Assembly (NCBI GenBank): GCA_965248435.1 | Contig: OZ252100.1 | Span: 4,800,001-4,864,000, forward strand | Length of the DNA stretch: 64,000 nucleotides | Direction of reading: 5' to 3' | Source: Candidatus Latescibacterota bacterium | GTDB taxonomy: Bacteria > Latescibacterota > UBA2968 > GCA-2709665 | In this document: positions 1 through 9,723 of the stretch, piece after piece | Numbering within the stretch: position 1 is the first letter of the stretch | Layout of the letters: each line of letters begins with the position of its first letter | Position numbers and translations under genes: made by a program | Notes under the pieces: generated by a model | What the model saw: only the letters and a program-made list of their open reading frames with translations | What the model was told of the DNA's origin: nothing | Databases searched by the model: none

Positions 1-669
1 TTGAGCGACAACACGGCTGCGGTGGTCCATTTTCTGGGTAAACAGGGCAAAGAGCAGCTCGGCGGAGTTATCGCAGGGTGTGAGCCGCACGGGGTACCGG
101 TGATCGTGGACGCGGCAAACGAGCTCCCTCCTCGTTCAAACATGATCGAGATCACCGGAATGGGGGCGAGTCTGGTCGTGTTCAGCGGTGGGAAGTGGAT
201 CAGAGGGCCGCAAAACAGCGGGCTCGTTCTGGGGAAGAAGGAGTTTGTGGAGGCAGCTCGGATGAATGCGAGTCCACAAACTGCGATCGGGCGCGGGATG
301 AAGGTGGGAAAGGAGGAGATCATGGGACTTGTGGCCGCGGTCGACTTGTTCCTGAAAGGGAGCGACGAAGAGGACCATACGACCTGGGAATGGCAGGCGA
401 GTTGTATCGTGGATGCGCTTGAAGGCATTCCAAACATCCGGGCCTATATCCTTCGAGAAGGTCAGGAAGTAACCCCCGACGCAACGCCCAGGGCCTACGT
501 CGACGTGGACGAGCGTCGGGCCGAGGAGGCTGTGAGATTGATGGGGGAGGGAGAGCCGGCAATCTCCATCCGACAGAGTCGAAAGGGCATCGTTCTGGAT
601 CCGACGGGGCTGGTGCCGGGTGAGGAAGAGATCGTTGCCGAGAGGCTCAGGGTGATACTGGCAGGGTAA
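1..669 (+). CDS. SelA/DgaE-like PLP-dependent enzyme (5' end outside window)
   Basis: VIVDAA and FSGGKWIRGPQNSG (PLP Lys), plus IGRGMKVGKEEI typical of SelA-like/DgaE proteins. Confidence 0.8.
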   Translation: MSDNTAAVVHFLGKQGKEQLGGVIAGCEPHGVPVIVDAANELPPRSNMIEITGMGASLVVFSGGKWIRGPQNSGLVLGKKEFVEAARMNASPQTAIGRGMKVGKEEIMGLVAAVDLFLKGSDEEDHTTWEWQASCIVDALEGIPNIRAYILREGQEVTPDATPRAYVDVDERRAEEAVRLMGEGEPAISIRQSRKGIVLDPTGLVPGEEEIVAERLRVILAG

Positions 670-689
670 AATTCGTCGATCGCAAGGAC

Positions 690-876
690 CGGGTACCGGG
701 ACACAAAAAGACGGGTACCGGGAAAGCAGCACACGGGTACCGGGACACCAGCACACGGGTACCGGGACACCAACACACGGGTACCGGGACATCAAGACAC
801 GGGTACTGGGACATCAAGACACGGGTACTGGGACATCAAGACACGGGTACCGGGACACCGACACACGGGTACCGGG
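690..876. repeat. Tandem array of 9 units with exact 22-bp period, core CGGGTACCGGG
   Basis: Units start at 690, 712, 734, 756, 778, 800, 822, 844, 866 (last one partial); consensus CGGGTACCGGGACAYCARSACA. Confidence 0.95.
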
Positions 877-975
877 GTTCGAAATTCGGATTGCGGATTT
901 CAGATTTCGGAGTGGCGGATCGAACGGCTGAAGAAACGATCGAACCGCGCTAAGATCGGCAATGACTGGGGCGAG

Positions 976-2427
976 ATGGATATTTCAGTCAGACAGGTCG
1001 ACCTTCGGGTCTTGAACATGAAGACCCGGATGCCATTCCGCTACGGGATGGCATCCCTCGTTGGCCTGCCGCATCTTTTTCTGCAGGTCGAAGCCGATAT
1101 CGACGGTCGGGGCGAGGTCGGGATTGCGGCGGAAGGCCTGCCACCCAAGTGGTTTACCAAGAATCCAGATAGTTCCTTCGCCGAAGACCTGGTCGAGATG
1201 CTTGGCGTCATCAGGCAGGCCAGTCAGTTCGCGAAAGAGATCGGTTCTGCAACAACCGTGTTCGAATTCTGGCACACGCTCTACAACCGGCAGAAGGATT
1301 GGGCGGTCGCTTCGGGATCGCCTCCGCTGCTCTGGGGATTCGGCGTCACGCTTGTAGAACGGGCGCTGATCGATGCCTTCTGCCGGGCCCGTCGGGTCCC
1401 TTTTGCTCGAGCAGTTCACGAGAATCTATTCGGCACACGACTCGAGGCCATCTACCCGGAGCTCGCCGGTCTTGCTCCGTCAGATTTGTTGAACGAGGAG
1501 CCGAGCCGCCGCCTGAAGGTGCGGCACACGGTGGGACTGTCCGATCCGCTGCGAGAAGAGGATATTCCTGAAGCGGAGCGCTTGGACGATGGCCTGCCTC
1601 AGTCCCTTGACGCCAGCATCTCCGCTTACGGTCTGACGCACCTGAAGATCAAACTCTGTGGGGAGATCGAGAAGGATTTTGCCCGGCTGAAAAAAGTCGT
1701 GGACGTGGCGGAAGGGGCAGGGGACGGCTGTGCGTTCACGCTGGATGGAAACGAGCAGTTTACGGATGTCGGCTCTCTCAAGACGTTTTGGGAAACAGTC
1801 GAACAGGATTCAAGTCTCAGCTTCCTGCTCGACCGATTGCTGTTCCTGGAACAGCCGCTTCGAAGGGATGTCGCACTCTCCCCTGAGTCAGTCGGCGTGC
1901 TGCTGGACTGGGCTGACCGTCCGATACTGATCATCGACGAATCCGACGCAACGCTTTCGACGACGATCGCGGCGCTGGAGGGAGGCTATCGCGGCACGAG
2001 CCACAAGAATTGTAAGGGCGTGTTCAAGGGCATCGCGAACGCCTGTCTGATCGAAAATCGGCGCAGGAGAGACCCGGAGGGCCAATACCTGCTGAGCAGT
2101 GAGGATCTTTGTTGTGTAGGGCCTGTAGCCCTGCTTCAGGACCTGGCGACCATCGGCTGTCTTTCGGTCGGCCACTCGGAGCGAAACGGACATCACTATT
2201 TTGCAGGCTTGAGTATGTATTGTAAAAAGATTCAAGATGGTGTGCTCGCGCATCACGGCTCCCTCTACCGGCGCGGTGAAGCAGGATTCCCCACGCTGGA
2301 TATCCAGAATGGGCAGATCGATCTCGAGAGTGTGCTGGAAGCGCCCTATGGGTATGGGTTCGATCTGGACATAGCGTGCTTCACGCCGCTCGATGAATGG
2401 TCGGTCGATTCCCTGGAGATAGAGTGA
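976..2427 (+). CDS. Enolase-superfamily-like (mandelate racemase/MLE-type fold) protein of unknown function
   Basis: KIKL, LDGNE, LEQP and IDESD motifs in enolase-superfamily order. Confidence 0.65.
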   Translation: MDISVRQVDLRVLNMKTRMPFRYGMASLVGLPHLFLQVEADIDGRGEVGIAAEGLPPKWFTKNPDSSFAEDLVEMLGVIRQASQFAKEIGSATTVFEFWHTLYNRQKDWAVASGSPPLLWGFGVTLVERALIDAFCRARRVPFARAVHENLFGTRLEAIYPELAGLAPSDLLNEEPSRRLKVRHTVGLSDPLREEDIPEAERLDDGLPQSLDASISAYGLTHLKIKLCGEIEKDFARLKKVVDVAEGAGDGCAFTLDGNEQFTDVGSLKTFWETVEQDSSLSFLLDRLLFLEQPLRRDVALSPESVGVLLDWADRPILIIDESDATLSTTIAALEGGYRGTSHKNCKGVFKGIANACLIENRRRRDPEGQYLLSSEDLCCVGPVALLQDLATIGCLSVGHSERNGHHYFAGLSMYCKKIQDGVLAHHGSLYRRGEAGFPTLDIQNGQIDLESVLEAPYGYGFDLDIACFTPLDEWSVDSLEIE

Positions 2428-3773
2428 GCAACGTCGATTGGCATTCCGTAACGGAGGAGGTGACCGGGTATCTCCAGCAACTGATTCGAATCGATACGAC
2501 GAATCCTCCTGGAAACGAGTCCCTTGCGGCAGAGTATCTGCAGGGGGTTCTCCGTAAGGAGGGGTTTGACCCGGTGGTGACCGAATCGGCGCCCGGCCGA
2601 GGAAACGTGACGGCAAGGCTGAAAGGGGGTGGCGCGCCGCCCCTGATGATTCTGGGACACACGGACGTCGTCGCCTGCGAGCCGGAGCACTGGTCCCATC
2701 CCCCATTCGGCGGTGACCTGCACGACGGATGCGTATGGGGACGCGGGGCGCTAGACATGAAGAACATGGTGGCCGCCGAACTGATGATCTTTCTGTTGTT
2801 GAAGCGGCAGGGCCTTTCGTTCGATCGAGATCTGATTTTTGCGGCCACGGCAGACGAAGAGGCAGGGAAAGGCGATCACGGGGTCGGTTGGCTGCTGGAC
2901 AACGATCCTGACCAGGTGGAGGCCGCCCACGTAATCACGGAGGGCGGGGGCGCCGATTTCGAGATCGGGCACGAACGGTTCTACACCTGTCAAACCGGAC
3001 AAAAGGGGATCTTCCGATTTCGTATGAAATCGAAGGGGCCACCCGGGCACGCCTCTCGCCCCGAGGGTAAAAGCGCGGTGGTGAGCCTTTCCCGGGCCGT
3101 GGGTGCGCTGGGTGAAGCCGAGCTTCCGATCCACCTCAGTCGAACCGTGCGTGCCTTTCTGGAGGGGGCTGCAGAGAAGCGAGATCGCCGCTTCAAGAGA
3201 CTTCTGAGTGAAGTGCTTTCCAATGATCCGAGCGAGGAGGAATTGCTGTCCCTTCCGCTGGGTGGATCGTTGAAATCCGAGCTGCCTCACCTCTTGCGCA
3301 ATACGGTTTCGCCCACGATCCTGCAAGCGGGGGAAAAGATCAATGTGATTCCGACCGAGGCGACGGCGTGGGTGGACGCGAGACTGGTTCCCGGTCAGAC
3401 GGACAAGAGTTTCCTGGAGGAGATCCGTCCTTACATCGGCAAGGATGTAGAGGTCGAGGTCGAGCAGTACAGTCCCCCGCTCGAAGCGAGCGTTGATTCC
3501 CCATTATTCCGCACGATCGTGGACACGATGAAGCACCACGATCCCGAAGCCAGTGTCGTGCCCTACATGTCGACCGGGGGTACTGACGCGAAACATATTT
3601 GTCCCCGCAGACCTGATACGGAGGTCTTCGGTTTCATGCCTTACCGACAGTCGCCCGGCCAGGAAGAGTGGCGGCTGATTCACGGACACGATGAACGGAC
3701 TTCTGTAAACAACCTCCTTTTTGCAACGCAGGTACTCTACGATGTCGTTCGTCGATTTTGTGAGGTCAATTAA
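2424..3773 (+). CDS. M20/M25/M40 metallo-hydrolase (ArgE/DapE-like)
   Basis: GHTDVV, WGRGALDMK, DEE, GGTD, IHGHDE motifs; GTG start overlaps upstream TGA. Confidence 0.9.
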   Translation: MSNVDWHSVTEEVTGYLQQLIRIDTTNPPGNESLAAEYLQGVLRKEGFDPVVTESAPGRGNVTARLKGGGAPPLMILGHTDVVACEPEHWSHPPFGGDLHDGCVWGRGALDMKNMVAAELMIFLLLKRQGLSFDRDLIFAATADEEAGKGDHGVGWLLDNDPDQVEAAHVITEGGGADFEIGHERFYTCQTGQKGIFRFRMKSKGPPGHASRPEGKSAVVSLSRAVGALGEAELPIHLSRTVRAFLEGAAEKRDRRFKRLLSEVLSNDPSEEELLSLPLGGSLKSELPHLLRNTVSPTILQAGEKINVIPTEATAWVDARLVPGQTDKSFLEEIRPYIGKDVEVEVEQYSPPLEASVDSPLFRTIVDTMKHHDPEASVVPYMSTGGTDAKHICPRRPDTEVFGFMPYRQSPGQEEWRLIHGHDERTSVNNLLFATQVLYDVVRRFCEVN

Positions 3774-3830
3774 GAGGACCGCCATATGCCCGCAGTGATA
3801 CCTACAGATAAGCTTACTGGAGTCTTGGCA

Positions 3831-4385
3831 ATGAACAGAGTGTTTGCTTGGATATTGTTCTTGATAATTGCAATTGCGTGTGATGAACCGCCCAAAGGTC
3901 AGGTACAGGAGCTCGGATCGATTTCGGTCCGCGTACCCGAAGGGTGGAAGACCGAGACTCCTTCCTCCAGGATGCGGAAGGCACAGTACAGCCTGAAGAG
4001 TCCAACCGGAGAAGGTGAGAGTGCCACCCTCGTCGTTTTCTACTTCGGCCGTAGCCAGGGTGGATCCGTGTCGGCGAACCTGGAGAGGTGGTATGGCCAA
4101 TTCAGACAGCCTGATGGAAGGCCTTCCAGGGAGGTCGCCAGCGTGACCAAAACGTCGGTTTCCGGGATGCAGGTCACGGTGGCGGATGTGAGCGGGACGT
4201 ATGCGCCCTCGGCGATGGGGCCGATGATGCCACGGGCGGGACCCAAGCCAGACTACCGAATGCTGGCAGCCATCGTCGAGTCGCAAGAAGGTCCCTATTT
4301 CTTCAAGCTGACCGGACCCATCGGGACCGTCACCCACTGGCAAGCGTCGTTTGACGAGTTTATCGGGAGTGTGAGTCAGAAGTGA
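3831..4385 (+). CDS. Hypothetical lipoprotein
   Basis: Signal peptide ending IAIAC; GGSVSANLERWYGQF and YFFKLTGP motifs. Confidence 0.7.
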   Translation: MNRVFAWILFLIIAIACDEPPKGQVQELGSISVRVPEGWKTETPSSRMRKAQYSLKSPTGEGESATLVVFYFGRSQGGSVSANLERWYGQFRQPDGRPSREVASVTKTSVSGMQVTVADVSGTYAPSAMGPMMPRAGPKPDYRMLAAIVESQEGPYFFKLTGPIGTVTHWQASFDEFIGSVSQK

Positions 4386-4444
4386 AAGAGACAACGGGTG
4401 CGTGTCGAAGTGGAACGTCGTTCGGATAATTGGAGGAGATCGTA

Positions 4445-5416
4445 ATGGCAAACAAGGTGCTCGTAACGGATTATGCCTGGCCTGATCTGGAAGTGGAGAA
4501 GGGCGTTCTCAAGGAGATCGGCGTGGAACTGGTCGAGGCCCCGGATGGGGAAGAGGAGACGCTGACCGGCCTGGCGAAGGGGGTCTGTGGCATCCTGACG
4601 TGCTGGGCGCAAACGACGGCTCGTGTGATCGAGGCGGCGCTGCCAGACCTGAAGGTGGTTTCACGCTACGGTGTCGGTGTGGACAATATCGATGTGGCCT
4701 TTGCGACGGAGAAGGGCATTCCCGTGGCGTATGTGCCGGACTACTGCATGGTCGATGTGGCGGAGCACGCCGTGTCTCTACTGCTGACGCTCGCTCGAAA
4801 AGTTGCGCTCTACGACAGATTGATCAGAAAGGGGACGTGGGATCTCCAGGCCGGGCCGCCCCTGCGTCGCTTGAGCGAGCAGACCCTGGGCCTGGTCGGG
4901 TTCGGGCGGAACGCGAGGCAGGTTGCGATTCGGGCGAAGGGATTCGGCCTTCGAGTGATTTCGTTCGACCCGATTCTTACGCCGGAGATGGCGGAAGAGG
5001 CCGAGATAGATTCCGTGAGTCTTGACGACCTGCTTGCGACTTCCGATTACATTTCGATCCACTGCCCCTCCATCGATGCGACAAGGGGAATGATCAACGC
5101 CGAGACGCTGGGCAAAATGAAGCCGACGGCCTATCTCATCAATACTTCCCGGGGTGATATCGTGAACGAGGCCGAGCTGGCCGATGCCCTGGAGGCGGGC
5201 GAGATCGCCGGGGCCGCGCTTGACGTGAGGAGTCAGGAACCGCCGGAAGCAGGGGACAGATTGATCCAGATGGAGCAGGTGATCCATACACCGCACGCAT
5301 CATTCTGCTCGGTTGAATCGCTACACGAACTGCGTGAGCGCACGGCGTGGGAGGCGCGCCGGGTGCTTTCCGGGGAGGAGCCCGAGAACCTGGTGAATCC
5401 TGACTACAGAAAGTGA
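4445..5416 (+). CDS. D-isomer 2-hydroxyacid dehydrogenase (PGDH/CtBP-like)
   Basis: RYGVGVDNID, GLVGFG, INTSRG, LDV, TPH motifs; GGAGG RBS. Confidence 0.9.
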   Translation: MANKVLVTDYAWPDLEVEKGVLKEIGVELVEAPDGEEETLTGLAKGVCGILTCWAQTTARVIEAALPDLKVVSRYGVGVDNIDVAFATEKGIPVAYVPDYCMVDVAEHAVSLLLTLARKVALYDRLIRKGTWDLQAGPPLRRLSEQTLGLVGFGRNARQVAIRAKGFGLRVISFDPILTPEMAEEAEIDSVSLDDLLATSDYISIHCPSIDATRGMINAETLGKMKPTAYLINTSRGDIVNEAELADALEAGEIAGAALDVRSQEPPEAGDRLIQMEQVIHTPHASFCSVESLHELRERTAWEARRVLSGEEPENLVNPDYRK

Positions 5417-5436
5417 CCGACTGGGGATAAAAAAGG

Positions 5437-5585
5437 GACGTATCTCGTATCTCGTGAAGCGTATCTCGTTGAAACACATACATCAATAATCAATATCCAC
5501 ACAATATCCAATATTCAAGGAGGGGTTTGCCGTGAAACGAATCGCGGGGACCGTCGTTGGATTTTGGATATTTCTTTTGGATCAC
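5437..5585. repeat. Heptamer-periodic repeats (CGTATCT array; AATATCC/GGATATT inverted arrays)
   Basis: cgtatct cgtatct cgtgaag cgtatct, then caatatccaatattcaa ... ttggattttggatattt inverted pair. Confidence 0.65.
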
Positions 5586-5627
5586 CAAAACCTACAGACT
5601 TCAGGCGTGTGAGATTCGAATCGCAAA

Positions 5628-6299
5628 GTGTCTAACGATATGGTGAAGATTGTGGATGTCCTATACAGGCGTCTCTACCGGCGGGTCTTTCCGGACGTGA
5701 TCGGAGATCTGAAGCAGGAACTGGCGGGTTGCCGATCTGTCCTGGATCTGGGATGCGGGTCTTCCTCGCCGATAAGACAGCTTTCCCGCCCGGTCTATTC
5801 GGTAGGCGCCGACAGACACGGACCTTCGCTTAAGAGGAGCAGGAAGGAAGAGATCCACGACGCATACGTTCTTATGGACGCCGGGGAGGTCGACAAGACC
5901 TTTAGAGCGGGCTCGTTCGACTGTGTCCTGGCGCTGGACCTGATCGAGCATCTCGAAAAGGATGAGGGTCTGCGGCTGATCGAACAGATGATGCGAGCGG
6001 CCAGAAGAAAGGTCATCATTCTCACACCGAACGGATTCCGTCCCCAAGAGGCGTATGATGGCAACGAACTGCAGGTCCATCGATCCGGATGGACGGCGGG
6101 AGAGATGGAGGGGCTGGGCTTCAGGACGATCGGAATCAACGGGTGGCGTCCGTTGAGGGGGGACAAGGCAGCACTGAAGTACCGGCCGAAACTTTTCTGT
6201 CTGGTCCTGTCTGATCTTACACAGCTCATCGTCAGAAACAGGCCGGAATCTGCCTACCAAATCTTATGCATCAGGGAAAAGCAGTCGACGTCGTTATAG
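5628..6299 (+). CDS. Class I SAM-dependent methyltransferase
   Basis: VLDLGCGS; FDCVLALDLIEHL. Confidence 0.85.
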   Translation: MSNDMVKIVDVLYRRLYRRVFPDVIGDLKQELAGCRSVLDLGCGSSSPIRQLSRPVYSVGADRHGPSLKRSRKEEIHDAYVLMDAGEVDKTFRAGSFDCVLALDLIEHLEKDEGLRLIEQMMRAARRKVIILTPNGFRPQEAYDGNELQVHRSGWTAGEMEGLGFRTIGINGWRPLRGDKAALKYRPKLFCLVLSDLTQLIVRNRPESAYQILCIREKQSTSL

Positions 6300-7621
6300 C
6301 CGGTTCTGGAATCGCCGGGCTGACCTCCGCACTGAGCGCCCAGGAGGCGGGCGCGCGTGTTCTCGTGCTCGAAAAGGCGCCCGAGACCGGGGGGACGTCC
6401 GCTGTTTCGGGCGGAACGGTCTGGTGCGCCGCAGATCTGGATGCCTGGCTCGAAGTCCAGCCGGGGGGGGACCCGGAGATGGGCCGGGCGCTGATAGAGA
6501 ACTTTTTCGAGGGGATCGAATGGCTGAGGGGCCAAGGCGTAGCATTAGAGGACCTCGGGGACTACGCCCCGTACAAGTTTTCCAGACAAGTCTACGGGCT
6601 CCTGCCGGACGCAGGAGCGGCGATGGAGACGCTGGCGAGTCGATTTGTCGAGGGCGGGGGGACGATTCAAAGACGGACCGCGCTAAAAAAGGTAGAACAG
6701 GGTCGTCGCGGAGAGGTGAGCGGCGTGCTTGCGTCGGGTCCGGATGGGTCCGTAGAGATCGAGGCAAAGGCGGTCGTGCTCGCAACAGGAGGCTTCCAGG
6801 CCAGCGCCGAACTGCGTGCGCGTCACTTTGGCCGGTGGGCCGACCGCGTCGTCGTGAGGGGGAGCCCCTACTGCACGGGAGATGGATTCGAAGCCGCACT
6901 GGAGGCGGGCGCCGGAACGGCTGGTCCCTTCAACAGATTCTATGGCCACACACTGCCGGCTCCGCCGGCGGAGATGGGCCTGCACAATTACGCGACCGCC
7001 AGGCCACTCTTCGGTGAATACGGAGTCCTGGTCAACCTGAACGGTGAGCGGTTCGAGGACGAGTTTCTGGGCGATGAAATCTGTGTCCACACGGCCGTCG
7101 AACAACCCGAGGCGACCATCTTTCTGATCTACGATGAGACGGTGCGCGAAAAACACGGCACGGTTGGACCCGCGTCGAAGACGCGGGTGAACGCGCTCGA
7201 GGAGATCCGAAAGGCGGGGGGAGAGATTCTGGAGGAGAGGAACCTCGAAGACCTGGCGGAATCCATGGCCTCCAGGTGGGAGGTCCGGCAGGACAGACTG
7301 TTGGTTACTCTGGCCGACTACAACGCGGCCTGCGAGTCGGGTAACAGCTCGTCCCTCAGCGTGCCGAAAACAGGGGGATTGGAGCCTGTGATGACACCCC
7401 CTTTCTACGCGATTCGCCTCCTGATCGGGATGACGTTTACGTACGGCGGTGCCAGAGTCAATTCAAGAGCAGAAGTCGTGGATACCTCGGGAGCGTCGAT
7501 CAGAGGCCTCTACGCAGCGGGGGCAGACGTCGGTGGGCTCTACACGCTGGGCTATACCGGCGGGCTTTCCATCGGCCTGGCCTACGGGAGGATCGCTGGA
7601 AAAGGAGCGGCTGCCCTGTGA
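6266..7621 (+). CDS. FAD-dependent oxidoreductase (FAD_binding_2; flavocytochrome c/KstD/TcuA-like)
   Basis: GSGIAG, GGTSAVSGG, VVLATGGF, TYGG, GLYAAG. Confidence 0.85.
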   Translation: MHQGKAVDVVIAGSGIAGLTSALSAQEAGARVLVLEKAPETGGTSAVSGGTVWCAADLDAWLEVQPGGDPEMGRALIENFFEGIEWLRGQGVALEDLGDYAPYKFSRQVYGLLPDAGAAMETLASRFVEGGGTIQRRTALKKVEQGRRGEVSGVLASGPDGSVEIEAKAVVLATGGFQASAELRARHFGRWADRVVVRGSPYCTGDGFEAALEAGAGTAGPFNRFYGHTLPAPPAEMGLHNYATARPLFGEYGVLVNLNGERFEDEFLGDEICVHTAVEQPEATIFLIYDETVREKHGTVGPASKTRVNALEEIRKAGGEILEERNLEDLAESMASRWEVRQDRLLVTLADYNAACESGNSSSLSVPKTGGLEPVMTPPFYAIRLLIGMTFTYGGARVNSRAEVVDTSGASIRGLYAAGADVGGLYTLGYTGGLSIGLAYGRIAGKGAAAL

Positions 7622-7845
7622 TCGGGTGGTCATCGTTCAAGGGAGGGTCGCTCGTGACACCAATTTTCCAGACGTCTGGAAAATTGGTCTAAATCACTGA
7701 CCCGCCTAGCTCAAGGCGACTATAAAGGGCTTTTAAGACCTGAAATATGAGTATTCGATGCGGACCGGGGCGAGACGCCCTAACTGCGGATTGGGGGCAG
7801 ATCCCGGTGATCTGGTAAGAAACCGTCGCTCGAAAAGCAAATTCC

Positions 7846-7872
7846 ACCGCAGAGGCGCAGAGGACGCAGAGA
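7846..7872. repeat. Short CGCAGAG repeat (caccgcagaggcgcagaggacgcagag)
   Basis: Three CGCAGAG copies at 8-9 nt spacing in an intergenic position. Confidence 0.5.
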
Positions 7873-7887
7873 AAAGAAAAATCGATG

Positions 7888-9345
7888 TTACATCGGGCCC
7901 ACCCGGTCCGGCCCAAGATCCAGCGCCCGCATCGCGGCGTCGAAGCTCCGGTGCAGGAGGTCCAGCTTCACGGCCTGATGATCGGAGTCGTCCCACAGGT
8001 TCTGGAACTCGCGAGGATCCTCCTGCATATCGTAGAGCTCCCCGAGACCGTGGCCATGGTAGACGACGAGCTTATATCGCCGGTCGCGGTACATGGTCGC
8101 GCGGGTTTCCTGCGGCTGGTCCAGGGCGTCGAAGTATTCGCATCGTACGGCATCCCGATGGTGATCCGCATCCGCATCACCAGTCAGGATCGGCAGGAGT
8201 GACCTTCCCTCCACGTAGTCGGGCACCTTCACATCAGCGAAATCCATGATCGTCGGCATAACATCCATAATCTCGACGAGCGCGTCGCTCACGAAGCCCT
8301 GCTGGATCCTTCCCGGACAGGAGAAGATGAGCGGAACCCGGACAAGGCCGTCGTAGAAGCGGCACCCCTTCTGGATCAGCCCGTGATCGCCGAGCAACTC
8401 CCCGTGATCGCTCATGAATATCACGATCGTGTTCTCGAGCTGCCCGGTCTCCTCCAGTGCCGACAACATGCACCCGAGCTGATCGTCGATCAGCTTGATC
8501 ATCGCATAATATGCCGCCTGGAGCGTCTTCGCGTCGCGATCGCCCGGTCCTGGATCTTCCACCAAGCCCTCCGCCGGTGAGCGCGGTACAATCGGGCTCT
8601 TGATATCGAGGTCGGACGGGTCGCGACCCTTCGACTGAAAGTCCGCGCCCACGAGTTTCTTCTGCTGTTCCAGGTCCGACGGGCGGAACAGCGGCCCCGG
8701 CATCTCCTTCGGGTCGAACTGATCGCGATAGGCCTTCGGCGGGTTGAAAGGCGGGTGCGGGTCGTAGATGTTGACGCTCGCGAGCCAAGGACCATCCCGC
8801 TTTTCTTTCGCAAACTCGATGGTCTTCTCCGCGCACCATGTCGTCTGATGGAGCTCCGCCGGCACGCCGTCGACACTCCTGGTCAGCTCGCCCAGCATTT
8901 CCCCCTTCTCGCGCACCCAGTCCGCGTAGTCGTGTCCCTTCTCCCAATCGTCCCGCGGGGCGTGGCTGTACTGCCAGTAGCGATAGCCGTCATCGATGCG
9001 CGGCTCGATCCGCCCCGAGGCGCTCGCGAGGTGAAGCTTTCCGATCAGCCCGCAGTCAAAGCCCGCGTCGGCCAGGTACTTCGTCACGAGCGGCGGTGCC
9101 TCGGACGGGAACAGCTCGTTCCCGTTCCGATTCATCCGGATCGTGCTCGCGTAAAGGCCTGTCAGAAAACTCGCGCGGCTGGGTGTGCAGATCGGGCTCT
9201 GACAGTAAGCGAAATCGAAGGCCACGCCCGTCTGCACGAGTCTGTCGATGTTCGGCGTCGAGACATACCGGTTCCCGAGCGCCGCGATCGTGTCGTATCG
9301 CTGTTGATCCGTACAGATCCACAAAATGTTCGGCCTGTCGTTCAA
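7888..9345 (-). CDS. Formylglycine-type sulfatase
   Basis: PNILWICTDQQR, CTPSRASFLTG (CxPxR), GKLH, DHGE. Confidence 0.93.
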   Translation of the reverse strand: MNDRPNILWICTDQQRYDTIAALGNRYVSTPNIDRLVQTGVAFDFAYCQSPICTPSRASFLTGLYASTIRMNRNGNELFPSEAPPLVTKYLADAGFDCGLIGKLHLASASGRIEPRIDDGYRYWQYSHAPRDDWEKGHDYADWVREKGEMLGELTRSVDGVPAELHQTTWCAEKTIEFAKEKRDGPWLASVNIYDPHPPFNPPKAYRDQFDPKEMPGPLFRPSDLEQQKKLVGADFQSKGRDPSDLDIKSPIVPRSPAEGLVEDPGPGDRDAKTLQAAYYAMIKLIDDQLGCMLSALEETGQLENTIVIFMSDHGELLGDHGLIQKGCRFYDGLVRVPLIFSCPGRIQQGFVSDALVEIMDVMPTIMDFADVKVPDYVEGRSLLPILTGDADADHHRDAVRCEYFDALDQPQETRATMYRDRRYKLVVYHGHGLGELYDMQEDPREFQNLWDDSDHQAVKLDLLHRSFDAAMRALDLGPDRVGPM

Positions 9346-9425
9346 CCGATATTTCCCTCACTTTCGAGGCCGGATTCTGTCGCCCCAAACCCCCGGCCTT
9401 CCAGGCGCAATATTTCGTGAAGAAG

Positions 9426-9558
9426 CAAAAAAAAGGCCATTACCAGAGACCCCCGAGGTAGTTTACGAGCGGGCTGAGGGTGCGTTCTGGACGCCTGCTC
9501 AGGGGCCGCTGAAGGTTGGCTACCTGCGGTGACTGGGTAATGGCCAAATTGGCTTGAA
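9426..9558 (-). ncRNA. Candidate ~130-nt rod-shaped small RNA or leader, family unknown
   Basis: TTGACG-N17-TATCTT promoter (9593-9565); long imperfect hairpin closed by GGCCATTACC/GGTAATGGCC; U tract. Confidence 0.5.
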
Positions 9559-9723
9559 TACTTAAAGATAGGTTTAAGCGGGGGGGGCGTCAACGGAAAC
9601 CCTGACGCGCCGAGGAGAATCCCGATTTACGATCATAACCTTTTGTTTATAATGTATTTTTTCGACGGGGCATCGCTCAGTGGAATGAGGATGTTGTCGT
9701 CCGGGTCGATGGAGATTTCGGGG

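Noticed and set aside
1-669. Bona fide selA / selenocysteine system
   Set aside because: Motifs fit the SelA-like/DgaE group, and no selB, selC or selD is seen in the window
690-876. CRISPR array
   Set aside because: Period is only 22 bp, the variable parts are near-identical 11-mers, and there are no cas genes
9430-9550. SRP (4.5S) RNA
   Set aside because: Rod shape and size fit, but the CAGG-stem-GNRA-stem-AGCA motif is absent on both strands
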